Assembly: GCF_036321535.1 (NCBI RefSeq)
Contig: NC_087472.1
Location: forward strand, 97,466,001 to 97,530,000
Direction: 5' to 3'
Origin: Camelus dromedarius
Taxonomy: Eukaryota
Length of the DNA: 64,000 nt
The first letter of the stretch is position 1. Each line of letters opens with the position of its first letter. The position numbers and the translations under genes are program-made. The notes below the pieces were generated by a model. It searched no databases and had not been told where the DNA came from. It saw nothing but the letters and a program-made list of their open reading frames with translations. This document shows positions 24,796 to 38,235 of the stretch, piece after piece.

Positions 24796-27700
24796 ACCAC
24801 TAAAATAATGCTTCATACTGTTCATTTCAGCCAGGCCCGCGGTCCAAGGCCTTAAGAAGAATCATGCATTTAGAGATAGAATTGAACTGAAACTAAGCTT
24901 AGAGCAACTAGACATACTGAAAGCCAATTTCCAACAATTAATTATTTTAAGTGGTTACCCTGTTAGTTAAAAGGAAGAGGAGATAATAGGAAGGCAAGAA
25001 ATATTGATAAATTTCTAAGTTGAACTAAGTTTGGTAAGTATAAAAAATGAAGTGTAGTTAATAAAGCAGAAAGCAGAAGATTTCCTCTTAACTCATAGTT
25101 ATTATACATCATCATTAGAGAGGGGACTTGCTGCTCCCTGTACTAGATTAATAGCCTGGGCATTCATCTCTTTGACCTCAGCTGAAGTAGAAGCACCAGG
25201 CAACAGAAGCAGAAAATGGAATTGAAAGAAGTACTATCTAGTATTTTATCTGGGCAGGAAAATTAAAAAGAGGAAGCACTTAAATTGTAGATGAGAATGT
25301 GAAAAGAATGGATGGTGCTCTTTTCTTTCCCTTGACAGTCCTATGCTTTGAGAACCAGCTGGCAGCTCTGGGGTCACTAAGCTTAGTCATTCGTCTTTTC
25401 AATTACATGAACATACTATTAACAAGGACATGGTGTGGGGAGAGGAGTTTTTGGGAGAGAGAAGAAAAAGAGAAGGGGAATATTTTTCACATGGAGAAAG
25501 TGGCATATCTGTCAGGAAACAGGGAGTGAAATGCAAGGTAACTTCTCCCTGCCCCTGTTATTTTCATTCTAAACATTGTGAAAGGACCGAATGTTTTGAG
25601 AGGTTTTAAAAAAGTAATGGAGGGCAGGCCTTGGAATATATAACTGTTAACTGGAGATTTTATGTTCCATTGTAGGATATGTAAATAAATGGACACATTT
25701 GAGTATATGAGAGTAGATGTCTGAGGTATATGTTTAAAAGAATAAATGTGCTTAGTGCTGCTGGCAGGGAAGAAATAATGGATTGAATGTACCATAGGTT
25801 TTTGCATATAATTTACCCAGAATCTCAGTCACTATTTATGGCCTTTAGTATATGTATGAGAAGTGCACATGCATCTCAAATTATTAGTACTTTCATATGG
25901 CCATGAGATACTGAACATTATGATCCAGGAATCTGTAAGAAGATTCTTCCATGTATGTCTCCAGTATTTTATTAAAATACTTACTGCAAGCGAATGTTGC
26001 TTCTGACTCTGTTGTTGTCATATATCAAGCTAAAAAAGGAAACAACACTCTTTATGTTTTCAAACTTAATCAGATGATCATTTTAGAAGCTCTTTCCTTA
26101 TAATGAAATGGAAAACTATCAGATGCAGCTCATGTTCTTTCCGTAGAAACAGAATTGTTTTTAGTAATTTGCCAGACGTCTTGGGAGGTTTTCTTTTTTG
26201 ATTCCACCTGTGACATCAGAGATTCATTATTTGTATGTGCTCATAATATTTCAGAATGCTTCAGGTTCCAAGAAATTGGTTTGTAATCTTGGTTAGGTCC
26301 AGGGCCTCTATGTGGGCACTTCAGTCAGTTCACCTCTGTGAAACTCCCATCTCTCTTCTTAAACTAGCCAATAATAAACCTGACTCATTTTTTGACTTTA
26401 TTTTTTGAAGAAAAACTCATGAAGCAGTTTGAAAATGTGGTCTCAGATACTCAACAGGATTAAAGTCATTAATAAAGCAAACTATAATATCAATATTTCT
26501 TTCTTTGTGTAACAGAAGTATTCCCAAAGAGCTGTGTTTATTTTTTAATTGAGTTATATTGTAATAGTACTAGAAAAATTTGAAATGTGATTCTTTTAAT
26601 TGGATGACTTTTAATTTAAATTCTTATGAATCAGAAGTTGAAGGTGTAAGTTTTACTTAACCCAGCTCAGATGTGTACGTGCATGTGCACATATGTAAGC
26701 TGGGTCAAAATACAACTGTTAGAGACCTTATCCCTGAAAAGCCTTATGGCTGCCATTCCTGTATATAATTTAAAATAAAAACAATATTAAATTGGAGAAA
26801 ATGATTATTTTTCTTATGCGGATGATAACTAAGACTTTATTTGAATTATAATTTATAATTTTTTTTAACAAATATCTTCACAGAACCTTGCTTTACTAAT
26901 GCCCCTAAGCATATAGCATTGTGTGAATGTGGTTATCCACATCAAGATTGCTCAATTTTAATAAAATTAACCAGATATTGACAAATCTCTGCCTCAGCTC
27001 TAAGCAAAGCCTCAGAGTGCATCTTCCAAGCTACTTGATTTTATAAGTGTTTGTTTTCAACCTAATTATCCTCTTAGTCTCAGTGGGAAAGAGAAAATTT
27101 CAGTGAAATATGTGCTCAGTTTCTTGTTTGGTCCCTAATGAAATTTGTACTCGAAAAGGCTTAGTGTTTTGGAAAATTTTAGCATTAGAAAGAAATATTT
27201 GACTCCAGTTATTTTTTTAAACCAAAATAAAATATCCCTAGTGCAAAAGTCCAAATCATAGAGTTGAAGAACTTTCCAATAGTAATCTCCAAAGATAAAT
27301 TAAAATGCTTTGTTTTCTATGTAATTATTTTTTTTGAATAATCTCATAGAGCATAGTATGGGTAGAATATTATGAGTGTCTCCATTAAATCTGTTCTCAC
27401 TGAACGTTAATGCCTAGTGTTTTATGGGCTTGCAGTTGTCCTTTTTGGGAGGTTTACACAATTTCCAGCTGACATGATGGTGAGCAAAAGCTAATGAACT
27501 AAACTCAGTACTCACCACCATCCCTGCATTTGCTTGATTTACTCTTCTGTGTAGTTGTTTGCTCTCTCCCTTGAATATTGGCTTCCAGGGCAAATAAGGG
27601 TCAATTTTGAGCACTGCCTGCAGTAGATCTTTAGCCTAAGGTTATTAAAAAAAAATATATGGCTCAGACTGGACCTGCTGGAGCAAATAACAGGAAAGAG

Positions 27701-27909
27701 GATGAAGTTGACAGCCATAGATCAAAACCAAAATCCAGAACAGAAACTATAATCCAGAACATTTTGGGAGAATTACAGCAAGTTAAGGCTGAAAGCAGCA
27801 GCACAGGTGAGGGAGGACTCTTAGAACAAGAGATAGAACTGAAGGAGGAGAAGCAGGGAGACAAAGAGACTTTAACAGCACAAGTGAATACCAATATTAG
27901 AATGGGCCC

Positions 27910-28005
27910 ATAAGAACAATAGTAATATTAGAATAATACAACAATAATACAAATAAGAATAATACTAATAAGTATAAGAATATTATAAGAATAATATCAG
28001 TATTA
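27910..28005. repeat. Degenerate (AAT/AAG)-rich low-complexity tract
   Basis: Recurring 'aagaataata'-like units. Confidence 0.7.
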
Positions 28006-28429
28006 GAGATGAGCTTTTAAAAATGTTAGGTGTGAGATAACACACTGTAACTCTGTCACAGAAAGCAAAGGAAAATAGCACAAGGGAGAGAGGGAGGGAG
28101 GGAAAGAGAGCAGGAAAAAGAGAGTGAATGATGACAAATGGTGTGTCACCTGAGGTAAACTAAGAACAGTTGGCTTTGAGGCAATGTGACAATTCTGGAA
28201 TACATTTATTCATTTGTATTTTTATTTATATTATTCTATTTCTACAATAAACTGGGTCCAGACACAGGAGACCAAACTGCTTATCAACGGAGTAATACTT
28301 CTTTGCTTTGTAAGTATGCTCATATCTGGGTCTCAGTTTGCTCATTTGTAAAATGGGTTTGGAAGAGACTGAGACTTCGGCACATGCATGTGCATGTGTG
28401 TATCTGTGTGATAGAGAAAGCTGAAAGAT

Positions 28430-29120
28430 TTAAATATAATTTATACTTCATCTGTTTCCAAAAATGATTTGAAGATTTCATAATTTAAAATATACACAGA
28501 ATAAGAAAGGTATATGGTATAAGAGCAGAAATATGAGACCATACTGAAAGAGATTTATATACAAAAGAAAATGAAAAGCAGTACTTTTGTGAGCACTGAA
28601 TTTAGCTCTGAGCTTCCTGGTATCAGAGAAAAGGGTAAAACAGGATGAGTTATAGAGTTTTCACTGTAAATAAAGAGGAGTATACAGGTTCAAGTACGGA
28701 GACTAATTCTTTAAAATTTCCATGTACAAATAACTTATCATTTAGAGCACAGGTCAGCAAACTACAACCCATTAGTCAATCTAGTCCTTCACCTCTTCTT
28801 GTAAATAAGGCTTTATTAAAACACAGTCATGCCTATTTGATTACCTACTGTCTTGGACACTTCCTTGCTACAACAGCAGAGTTTATTTGGTACAGAGACC
28901 CCATGGCCTACACAGCCTAAAATATTTGGCATCTGACGCTTGACTGAAATAGTTTACAACTTCCTGAGATAGAACTTTCTAAAAGGAACACTGAGTAAAA
29001 TAATGCACGTTCTGCCAAATGATGGCTGAAGTTACTCAGACTTCTCTAAGGAGATTTTCTTTATTAATACCATGTAAATATCCAAGATAACAGTTTAGCT
29101 CATAATTTAGTGAAGCTGTG
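28430..29120. mobile_element. Possible L4 (RTE-X) remnant interrupted by MER58A
   Basis: 'tgagcactgaatttagctctgagcttcctgg' resembles L4 as I remember it. Confidence 0.4.
28748..28966 (+). mobile_element. MER58A hAT-Charlie MITE
   Basis: 'ggtcagcaaactaca...gtaaataaggctttattaaaacacagtcatgcc...gctacaacagcagagtt...agcctaaaatattt...cctg'; about 220 bp. Confidence 0.85.
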
Positions 29121-29247
29121 AGTGTGTTAATGTGTGCTTGTATGTGTTGTGACAGGGAGGGAAGGCACTTAAGACCAATATACTCTAGGATCTTTGCTCT
29201 CTTCCTATTGAATATGTGGTGGAGCCCTAATTAATTCTGAGAAAAAT

Positions 29248-29713
29248 TATTTTTTTTTAATTTTCACATTTACTGGATACGATTGACATGTAACACTGTA
29301 AGTTTAAAGTGCATGTGTTGATTTGATACACTTAATATATTGCAAAATGATTACCACTATAGCCTTAGCTAACACTTACTTCATGTCACATAATTACCGT
29401 TTCTTTTTTGTGGTAAGAACATTTGTGATCTACTCTTTTAACATCCTTCAAATATACAATATAATATTACTAATTATAATCACCATAACTGCCAGATCCC
29501 CAGAACTTATTAATCTTATAACTGGAAGTTTGTACGCTTTGACCATGGCCCCAACCCCATTAACCAGTTTCTGTAAACTATAAACAGTAAACCCAGTAAA
29601 TAGCAACTGTTTCTAAGATTTCAGCTTTTTATATTCCACGTATAAGTGATACTACACAGTATTTGTCTTTCTCTGCCTGACTGACTTCACTTAGCATAAT
29701 GCTCTCAAGGTTC
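29248..29713 (-). mobile_element. L1MA-like 3' UTR
   Basis: T-tract, then 'ttgacatgtaacactgtaagtttaaagtg' through 'cttcacttagcataatgctctcaaggttcat'. Confidence 0.85.
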
Positions 29714-30299
29714 ATACACACACATAAAAATGTTAGAACTAATCAATGAATTCAGCAAAGGTGCAGGATACAAAGTCAACATATGGAAAGCAGTTACATT
29801 TCTATACACTAACAATGAAATATCTAAAAAAGGAAATAAAACAATTGCATTCACAGTAGCTTTAAAAATAATAAAATACTTGGGAATGAATTTAACCAAG
29901 TAAGTTAAAGATTTGTATACTGAAAACTACAAGACTTTGAAATAAATTGAAGTCACAAACAGATGGAAAAATATTCCATGTTCATGGATTGGAGGAATTA
30001 ATATTGTAAAATATTGATACTACCCAAAGCTATCTGTAGATTCATTGCAATACCTATTAAAATCCCAATGGCATTTTTCACAGAAATAGTAAAAAATAAT
30101 CCTAAAATTTGTATGGAATCACACACACACACAAAAAAAACCCAAATAGCCAAAACCATCTTAGAAAGAACATAACTGGAGGCCTCACATTCCTCATTTC
30201 AAACTATACTACAAAGCTCTAGTAATCAAAACAGAATGGTACTGGCACAAAAATAGACACATATACTGATGGAACAGAACCAAGAGCCCAGAAATAAAC
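29714..30299 (+). mobile_element. L1 ORF2 fragment abutting an oppositely oriented L1 3' end
   Basis: Reads LELINEFSKGAGYKVN...; 'tggaaaaatattccatgttcatggattgg'; ends 'gagcccagaaataaac'. Confidence 0.85.
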
Positions 30300-30419
30300 T
30301 TTTGTTCTCTGGTTGTAGTGGATATTTGCTATTCTGAGACACTCAGTGTCAACACTTCCATGTTGATGAAAGTCTTCTAATTTTATTCAGATATCTGGGC
30401 CTCTCCCATGCCCTCTAAT

Positions 30420-30890
30420 TGCTTCATGGGTACCCGCCCCCATATTTCTATCTCCCCTTCCACCCATATTCCAAGGGGTAGACTCTGATTAACTCAAGTC
30501 ACCCAGTATATTCCATCCCTCTGGCCACAGTGCTTGATTGAGGTTTTAGGCACAAGACCCAGTTCAGGACAATAAATATGAGTAGAGATTTTTTTTTTCT
30601 GGAAGCTACATAAGATGTATTTGTTTCATGCCAGACACAAACAGTTTGTAGAATCCATAGCTGACATTGTGTGTCATTACAGAGAAGAAATCTTAGAAGG
30701 AAATAGATACAGGGAGAAGGCATAGAAAAAAATGGTAAATAAAGGAATGATTCCTAGATTAAGCCTCAACTGAAACTTACTCCATCTGTGGTCTTATTAA
30801 CATCATGAAGTTTTAAAGTTGTCATTGTATAAGCCACTTTGAAAAGTTTTATGTTATTTTTAAATGAAAAATTAGTAATAAACTAGTCAT
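30420..30890 (+). mobile_element. Old ERVL LTR remnant (LTR16-like)
   Basis: 'ccatccctctggccacagtgcttgattgagg...cacaagacccag' and an LTR16-like 3' end. Confidence 0.4.
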
Positions 30891-31266
30891 CTTGCAATAC
30901 ATAAAGAGATTTGGGAGAATTTGAAGAAATGGTTAGTTAACAAGTATTAGAAGTCTCACCTGAACTTTTGGTTAAATCAAAGTCTACTCATAGTGCAAAT
31001 CTCTGAAAATGCCTAGAAAGTAGAGATAATGTGGGCTGTGCTGTTGTGCTATATGTGCTTGATGAACAGGTAGCAAAGGTAACATTGTCTTAGAAAAACT
31101 CAACGTATTTCCCTTGGAGAGCCATTTCACTTTGTAGAAAGGAGAGTTTCAAGGAGTATTGCCAATTATTAAAAAGAAAAGAGCTTTATCAGCACCTTCA
31201 TTGAATAATAATGATTGCTCATATTTAGTGCAAATAAGGTGCAGCAGGGAGCTCTGGGAAAATAAG

Positions 31267-31280
31267 GTTGTCATGGTAAC
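31267..31280. promoter_or_regulatory. Candidate RFX X-box motif
   Basis: gttgtcatggtaac is one mismatch from GTTRCCATGGYAAC and is followed immediately by tgataa. Motif match only. Confidence 0.35.
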
Positions 31281-32499
31281 TGATAACACTTTTCCCCTAC
31301 AGGAACTCAGGTTAGTCAAAGAGGCTACAGGAGGCCATGTTTCCTTAGAGACTTTTCCCAAGTAAAGAAGATAAGGAAAAGGGAAATAAAAGGAAGATCT
31401 GGCATTTAGCTGAATTCTGTTTTGCTCACAAAGATAAACAGACTTCTAAGGAAATGCTGTTTTGAGTAATTAGCTGAGCCCAGTAGGTAAAAGTGGCACC
31501 TCTCATTTATAATATACTTCACCCAATACAGGTGGGCAGATGATTATTTTATAGCTGAAGTCTGAGAACGTACTGCCCAGAAAAAAATCAGATTAAGTTC
31601 AAAATAAAAATTAAATGCTTTAATGGTAACATTTAACAGCATGAAGAGGGATATTTTTTTTCTTTTGAAATTGGCTATGGACTTAAACTGAAAAACAATA
31701 TTTAAATGCTTTTTGAAAGGCATGTGAACTTTCTGAAACTATGTTCTCTTACCTATGAAATGAGTAGTTTGGGCAAGATCTCTGTTTTTCACATATTCCT
31801 CTCAATAAAAAACTTGTAAGAAATGAAACATGTCAACAGATAAAATTGCAGGGTCTCAGGATGGAGCCTAAGCAGGAGGCTCAGAAACAGAGCTGCTGGG
31901 CTTCCTTTTCTCTCTCTATAATAGTTCTTAAGACATTTTATAGAAAATAATTGACAGACACATGCGTTTTAAAGCTTCTGCCTTTTAAATAGTCAAACAT
32001 AAAATGTTGTAATTGCCCTTAACAGGAACTATTCTCCATCTGGTAGCAGCTTTCCAAATGGCTCAAGAAGGAGGAAGGAGGCACCAACTCGATTCCACTC
32101 TAGGGTTGAATGGATTGATTTTTGACATAGACAATTCTGACTACTAGTTGTGGAAGGAAATAACCAAATTTTAGAGATCTTCCTTTATAGATCTGTCCCT
32201 GTTCTGTGAAAACAAATCTTATGAAAACCTATTCAAATTTCTACTCTACAATCTGATGCAATTATTGTGAAGTTAAGAGAGGTAAAATTAAATGCTGAAT
32301 ATGAAAGCCCTTTGAAAAGCTAAAGAGACATTTCAAATATAAGCTGGTGTCTATAATATAATATATTGGCATTTTAAGCATTTTAAGACCTGAAGTCTAG
32401 CTTGTGGGCAACATTATAAGAATGTATTGACCAAATTTAAGATCCTCTTGTAAATTGTGTGAAATGAAATTACATGTGTAGAAATTTTAACATATTGTT

Positions 32500-32643
32500 C
32501 ACATATGGGTTCTACTTTATTGTCCAAGCTCGGACATTTTTTAGAATGAAAAGGGGAACTATATATAAGTAGCAAGCATTGACTGACCTACAACAGGTAT
32601 AAACAGGGACAGTTTTAGGAAAATTAGACATATGGTCACCCTA
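32500..32643 (+). mobile_element. MER81-like hAT-Blackjack MITE
   Basis: 'tttattgtccaagctcggacattttttagaatgaaaagggg...caacaggtataaacagggac...tatggtcacccta'. Confidence 0.7.
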
Positions 32644-33348
32644 ATTATAGTACTTTTAATGATGGCAGATCAACTGCTCTGAGTCCTATAACAACAGCAT
32701 CATATGACCCTAAGTAATTTCTTCTAAATATTCAACTCTGATCTTCAATTTTAAAAGGTTTTAAAAGACTTTTGAAACTTTGAGACGTATCCTTCAGTTA
32801 TTTGAAAACCTTTTCAGATGCTCATGGAATTCTGAGTACTTAAGAGCTCTACAGTGAGGCATTTATCATAGATCCATTTGACATCCCACTGGATCTTACT
32901 TAGCTAAAATTAACTCACTGACCTATTATATCACAAATACATTGTCTGACTTCAGATATTAGTACTCTTCTCCATTTTAGGTCTTCTTGCCTTAGTATGA
33001 TCCTCTTAAATTTCTAGAAGATTTAGTTAGTACTGTTTTATGTATCTGTTCTTAATCTTGCTGCTTCTTATGTTGTGCTTAGAAAGGAAATTATAAGAGT
33101 AGATTTATGTTCACTTCATTGATTCCATTGTCATCATTTTCTAGTATAGGTCATTACTGTGAAAGATTATGTTTCAGTGACTCTTGTTTTAAAATATCTT
33201 ATCAAAACATACTACTCTTACAGATGTTTTTCATCTGCTTTCTGTATCTTTCTCTCTCTCTCTCTCTCTCCAGTTTTATTAAATGATCAATCACTAGTTA
33301 AGGATAGACGATTATAGCTATGGCAAAATGCGTGATAGCAAAAACTCT

Positions 33349-33526
33349 CAGTGGTTGTCCAGCCTATCTGCACATTAGAATCTTTTGGGGGACTTACAGA
33401 ATCCTAATGTGCAGGCCACATTTCAGACCACTCATATCAGAAATTCTGTGCGTGGAACCCAAACATAAGTACTTTTTTAAGTTCCCAAGTGATTCCAATT
33501 AAGCAGGGAAAGTTGAGAACCACCTG
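33349..33526. mobile_element. MER5-family hAT-Charlie MITE
   Basis: Termini 'cagtggttgtcca' and 'ttgagaaccacctg'; internal 'cacattagaatc'. Confidence 0.8.
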
Positions 33527-34022
33527 TCTAAGAAATCCATAACATGCACCAACCCCTAGGAAAATTTAGCTGTTTTAGGGACATAGTTATGAAAGCGAGT
33601 GTGTGTTATATGTATGGGTAGGTTCAAGTATGGGAACAGGTGTGTGTGTGTATGGTATATATGTGTGTTTGTAGTATTTGACAGTAATAAAATTAGGAGT
33701 TTTGAGGAAAAATCTGTGTGATTAAAAAAGAAGTAATGATATTTTCCATATCAAGATGGAGAAACTTAAGAAAATGAATATATTGTTGGCAATATACATA
33801 TTTCATCTGGACAAGAAGCTTGGACAGCACCAATAAAACACTGAAAGAATTAAAGTCAGCCCCCTAAAACCACAATAACTTATTGTTATATTTCCTTTTA
33901 CTCTTATTTCTAGACATGGTTGACATGTGATAGCATGGCTATAGTCAGGTTTTATTTTACTGGTGATGAACTCTGTCTAGGAGACACTTTACTAGAGTAA
34001 TGCCTTCTGTCCATTTCAATAG

Positions 34023-34505
34023 TGTGGTAGGATTATTGCAGCTCCATTTTACAGCTTTCTGGGGTCTCACTTTTTGGTAGTACATACCCAGACTGACTTT
34101 GGGCTTGGCACATGACTTAATTTGTTTAATGAAACAGTAGCAAACTTGATGCAAGCAGTCTTGAGAAATTATTTGTACACTTTGGCTTCTCTTCATGTTC
34201 CCCTGCATCTACGATGAAAACCTGCCTATGCCAGCCTGCTGGAAGATTGGGAAAGATACATGGAGGAAAGCTGTGTTATAACAGACGAGGCCATCTTAGA
34301 TCAGCTAGACCTCAACCAACCTGTCAGCTGACCAAAGACACATGAACAAGCCCCACCAAGATCAGCTGAGTCTGGATCAAATCACCAGAACCACCCAGCT
34401 AACACCTAGCCTCTTGAGAAATAATACATGGTTTTTTTTTTTCATCCATTGAGTTTTGAAATGGTTTGTTATGTAGCATTAATGTGGCAATAGATCAGTG
34501 ATGCA
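34023..34505 (+). mobile_element. MLT1 (MaLR) solo LTR, MLT1G/H-like
   Basis: Starts tgtggtag; internal 'gaggccatcttagatcagc'; ends 'tggtttgttatgtagcattaatgtggcaatagatcagtgatgca'. Confidence 0.75.
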
Positions 34506-37464
34506 AAATGCCTGTCAGTGTGTTTAGTTATAAGATGTCGTGATTGAGTGACCAATGCCTTTAATGCACTATGTGTTTATTTAGCTTTGGATGGTAGAGA
34601 TAAAGATTTTACTTAGGCTTCTTGCTATGAGCTTGTAGTTGTGACTTCCATGATAGTATCAGCCCTGGATATTCCCCTTGCCCCCAAACTAAGTATTTCT
34701 AGGCTTGCTGGAGTAATTCAGTGATCAATACATCTTAAAGATTCTATCTTTATTTGCCACTTGTAAGCAGTCAGTAAAGTAGCTGCATACATTCTTATAA
34801 GCCATTTAAAAACTTATAAGTCTCTCAGTCCATTCTATTCTAAGTGTTCCTAAAAGCTCCCTTGCAATCATTGTCCACTCCATCCCACAATATGTGCCAG
34901 CAGAGCATGCTCAGTATCCAATATCTCTGAGAGAAAGGGAAAAGTTGTCCAAGACAACAGAGGAGTGGAGGGTGGAGTATACACATATAGTTTTAGTCAT
35001 TCCTTCCTTTCTAAAATTTTTGAATAGTTTATCGTAAGCTCCTGAGTACAGTTCTGTTTTAGTTTGGAATCAGTGATGTTCCCCAATCCCTCCTAAAGGC
35101 CCCTCTTGTCTAGTAGCCCTGAATTTAAACTGACAATATTCCAAGTAAATGTGTCTCTCCTGCAGTGTCTTCTGTCTACTTGATACTTGTTATTAACTTT
35201 TTATAATCACATAGTCTCACAGTGGGGTCTACTGGGGTTCTTCTATAAAAACATCCCAATATCTGATAGGTTTATTTGAATAATCATGTAAGAAGCTATG
35301 GTTAAATCATCAGTTTTTATTTTTCAATGAGGAACATAGATGTTTTATGTTCTGAATCCAGTTTTTTGTTGTCACCATACATTCATTCATCCAATAAATA
35401 TTTATTGTGTTTTGGCTAAGTACCAGGCATTGTTTTAGACAGAGCAGAAAAATCTTACCTCAGTCTTACTCTTCTGTAGTTAATCTGTGCTATACAACAT
35501 GGATACTTAAAAGCTTTTTTTCCAAATGTCTTTAAAGTTAAATATTTTGTCATTATGTGGTTGAAATTACAGTTCTTTAATTCACTTTTGTCTGGCATAT
35601 GGTGAGCCCTTAAATTTGCTTTGTGCGTTTTATCCTCTTACTCATTTTGAAAAATTGTGATTTTGATTATTGCTTCTATTTTAATTCCTGTTTTCCAAAA
35701 AAAAGACTTAAAATTGTTTAATTGGCTCTTCAGTCTATATTCTATACATTATCAGCTAGTTTAAACTCTTTTTCCTTTTTTCCTGCTTTTTGTGAAAACT
35801 CCCCAAATATATCTACTAATTTAGTGTCCACTCCATTAATTTGATGGTTTTCCAGAATAAATTATGCTCTTTACTATCTGCAATGGGATTCAATTCTGTA
35901 TTGCTTTCAATTTCACTGTAATTCTTTTCTATCTCATCAGTTTTCCTTTATATAAAGTCCTGCTGCGTTTTCTTCTCTGCCTGTACTCTTATTAGATTGA
36001 GTTGGTATCTTCTTGTTATCTTTTAACAATTTTAGCTTTGTCTTTCCTGAATTTTATAGATGGTATGCCTTCCCCTTATGTTTCGTAGACAGTATGTTGT
36101 TATATATTTCTGTTTTGCTTATGTTCACTTAACTAAAGAAATATCCTGAGATGATGTTTGTGAATTGACAAAATATATGAGGCCTTTGGCCTCACTATTT
36201 GTCAAGAACCTCCTCATACCAATTGCTGGAAGACTGGTTGATGTCTACAGACCAATTCTCAGCAATTATACTATTTTCTAACACAGGATTATTGGACTGA
36301 TTTGGAATATTCTCCTACCCCCATTATCTAGGGGAATTAATGCATAATTTAAAGAATACTCTAATTCCTTTTGTGTCCTCTCTTTGGAACCTTGTTTTGT
36401 TTATTCCTGTCTTTGGTGTTTTATATGTGAATGCCCTATGTTTTAGAAGTCACTATGCTGTTGAAAGCTTCCTATCCACCTTTGCTCCCATGGCCTTCTG
36501 GAAGTTTTAGTCTCGAACAAGTTGTAGCAAGATACAAGATACGCACTAGTTGGTGGAAGGGGTGGGGACAGAAAGATGACCAGTCAGTAGAAGGGTGGAT
36601 GCCCAACTCTCTAGTGAGTATAGGCTTTACATTTCTGAATAAAGAATTCAGAGGAGCAAAAGGTCTTCCAGCTCACTTTTAGAAGAGCTTAGCATGGTGC
36701 ACCAGCAACAATGTTTTCAATCTCTTTCCATCAGCCTTGTCTTAGTTGAAATTCCTCTCATGTTGTATAGACAGATTGACAGTTAAGGCTAGTTTTTCAT
36801 TGTTTGGAGTTGTGTTTTCTCATATCATCAAAGTTACTTTTATTGCAGGTTAAGAGACGTTTCATCAGAGACTGCTAATCAGATTCTATTTTAAACTAGG
36901 AACTCTGCTGTGTTGAAGGTAGGGAATAAGGTAAAGGGACAGATAGAAGCCACACTTTTCAGAACATACCTTGCTTATAGAGTTGAATTTAAAACTATAT
37001 AAATGTTTTATATAAATAAAACAAAAATTAAATTTTAAAAATCTTTTCCTTTTCTGCCAGTGTAGACCTTCCACTTCCTTGTCCACTGTTGTGCATCCTT
37101 TACTTATGCTCATCACACAGAGGTGTCCCGTGGCAGCCCAGTCCAAGATATCCTAGGTGGTTTCTCCTCATCTCAGCCTCATTGTCACTTTTTCTGTGAT
37201 TTATCTCCTTTCCTAATTGTTCCTGAGGCTGCTGCACCTTATCCATTTCTTTTCCACAACTCTTTGAGGTTGGAAGATAAAAGGGATTGTGTAGAAGAGA
37301 GAAAGAAGAGCTATCTTAGTTATGTTTCTGTTAGTTGCGATGTTAGTTTCATTGCCCCAGCTGGAGATGAGAAAAGCTTTGGGGGTTTATATAGCTGTGG
37401 GAAATTATGAAGTATTAATTCACTGTTTTCCAGGGACATTTTTATATAGAGGCATTTAAAAATT

Positions 37465-38235
37465 TTAAATATTATTTTATTTTTTGACAGTTTCAATGTA
37501 CATTTTATAAAATATTGACTATATTCCCAATGTTGTACAATATACCTTTGTAGCTTATTTGTGCATGATACTTTGTACCTCTTAATCACTTGCCTCTATG
37601 TTGCCTCCCCTCTGTACTGGTAACTACTAGTTTGTTCTCCATACCTGTGAGTCTGCTTCTTTTTTGTTATATTCACTAGATTTTTGTATTGTTTTAGATT
37701 CCACATATAAGCGATATCATACAGTATTTGTCTTTGATTTATTTCACTAAGCATAGTATTTTCTAGGTCTGTCCACATTGCTGTTATGTGGCAGTATTTC
37801 ATTCTTTTCTGGCAGGGTAGTGTCCATTGTGTATATATTTACCACATCTTCTTTATTCATTCATCTGTTGATGGACACTTAGATTGCTTCCATATCTTTG
37901 CAATTGTAAATAATGTTGCTATGAACACTGAGATGCATTTATCTTTTTGAATTATTGTTTTTATGGTTTTTTGGGGTATATATACCCAAGAGTGGAATTG
38001 CTGAGTCATATGGTAGTTCTATTTTTAGTTTTTTGAGAAACCTCCATAGTGTTTTTCATAGTAGCTGCACCAATTTACATTCCTACCAACAGGGTAACAC
38101 AGTTCCCTTTTCTCCACATCCTCCCCAACATTTGTTATTTGTGGGTTTTTTTTGTTGATAGCCATTCTGACAGGTGTGAGGTGATATCTCATTCTGGTTT
38201 TGATTTGCATTTTCCTGATGGTTAGTGATGTTGAG
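37465..38235 (-). mobile_element. 5'-truncated L1 (3' UTR and ORF2 end)
   Basis: Minus-strand ORFs 37596-37802 (WTDLENTMLSEI) and 38025-38258 ([17 protein letters not shown]). Confidence 0.9.

Noticed and set aside
27659..27913. 84-aa hydrophilic ORF (MAQTGPAG...) containing a cag/gtgagg donor-like site
   Set aside because: No recognisable homology and no convincing acceptor or partner exon; purine-rich DNA readily gives such ORFs. It cannot be fully excluded without RNA-seq.
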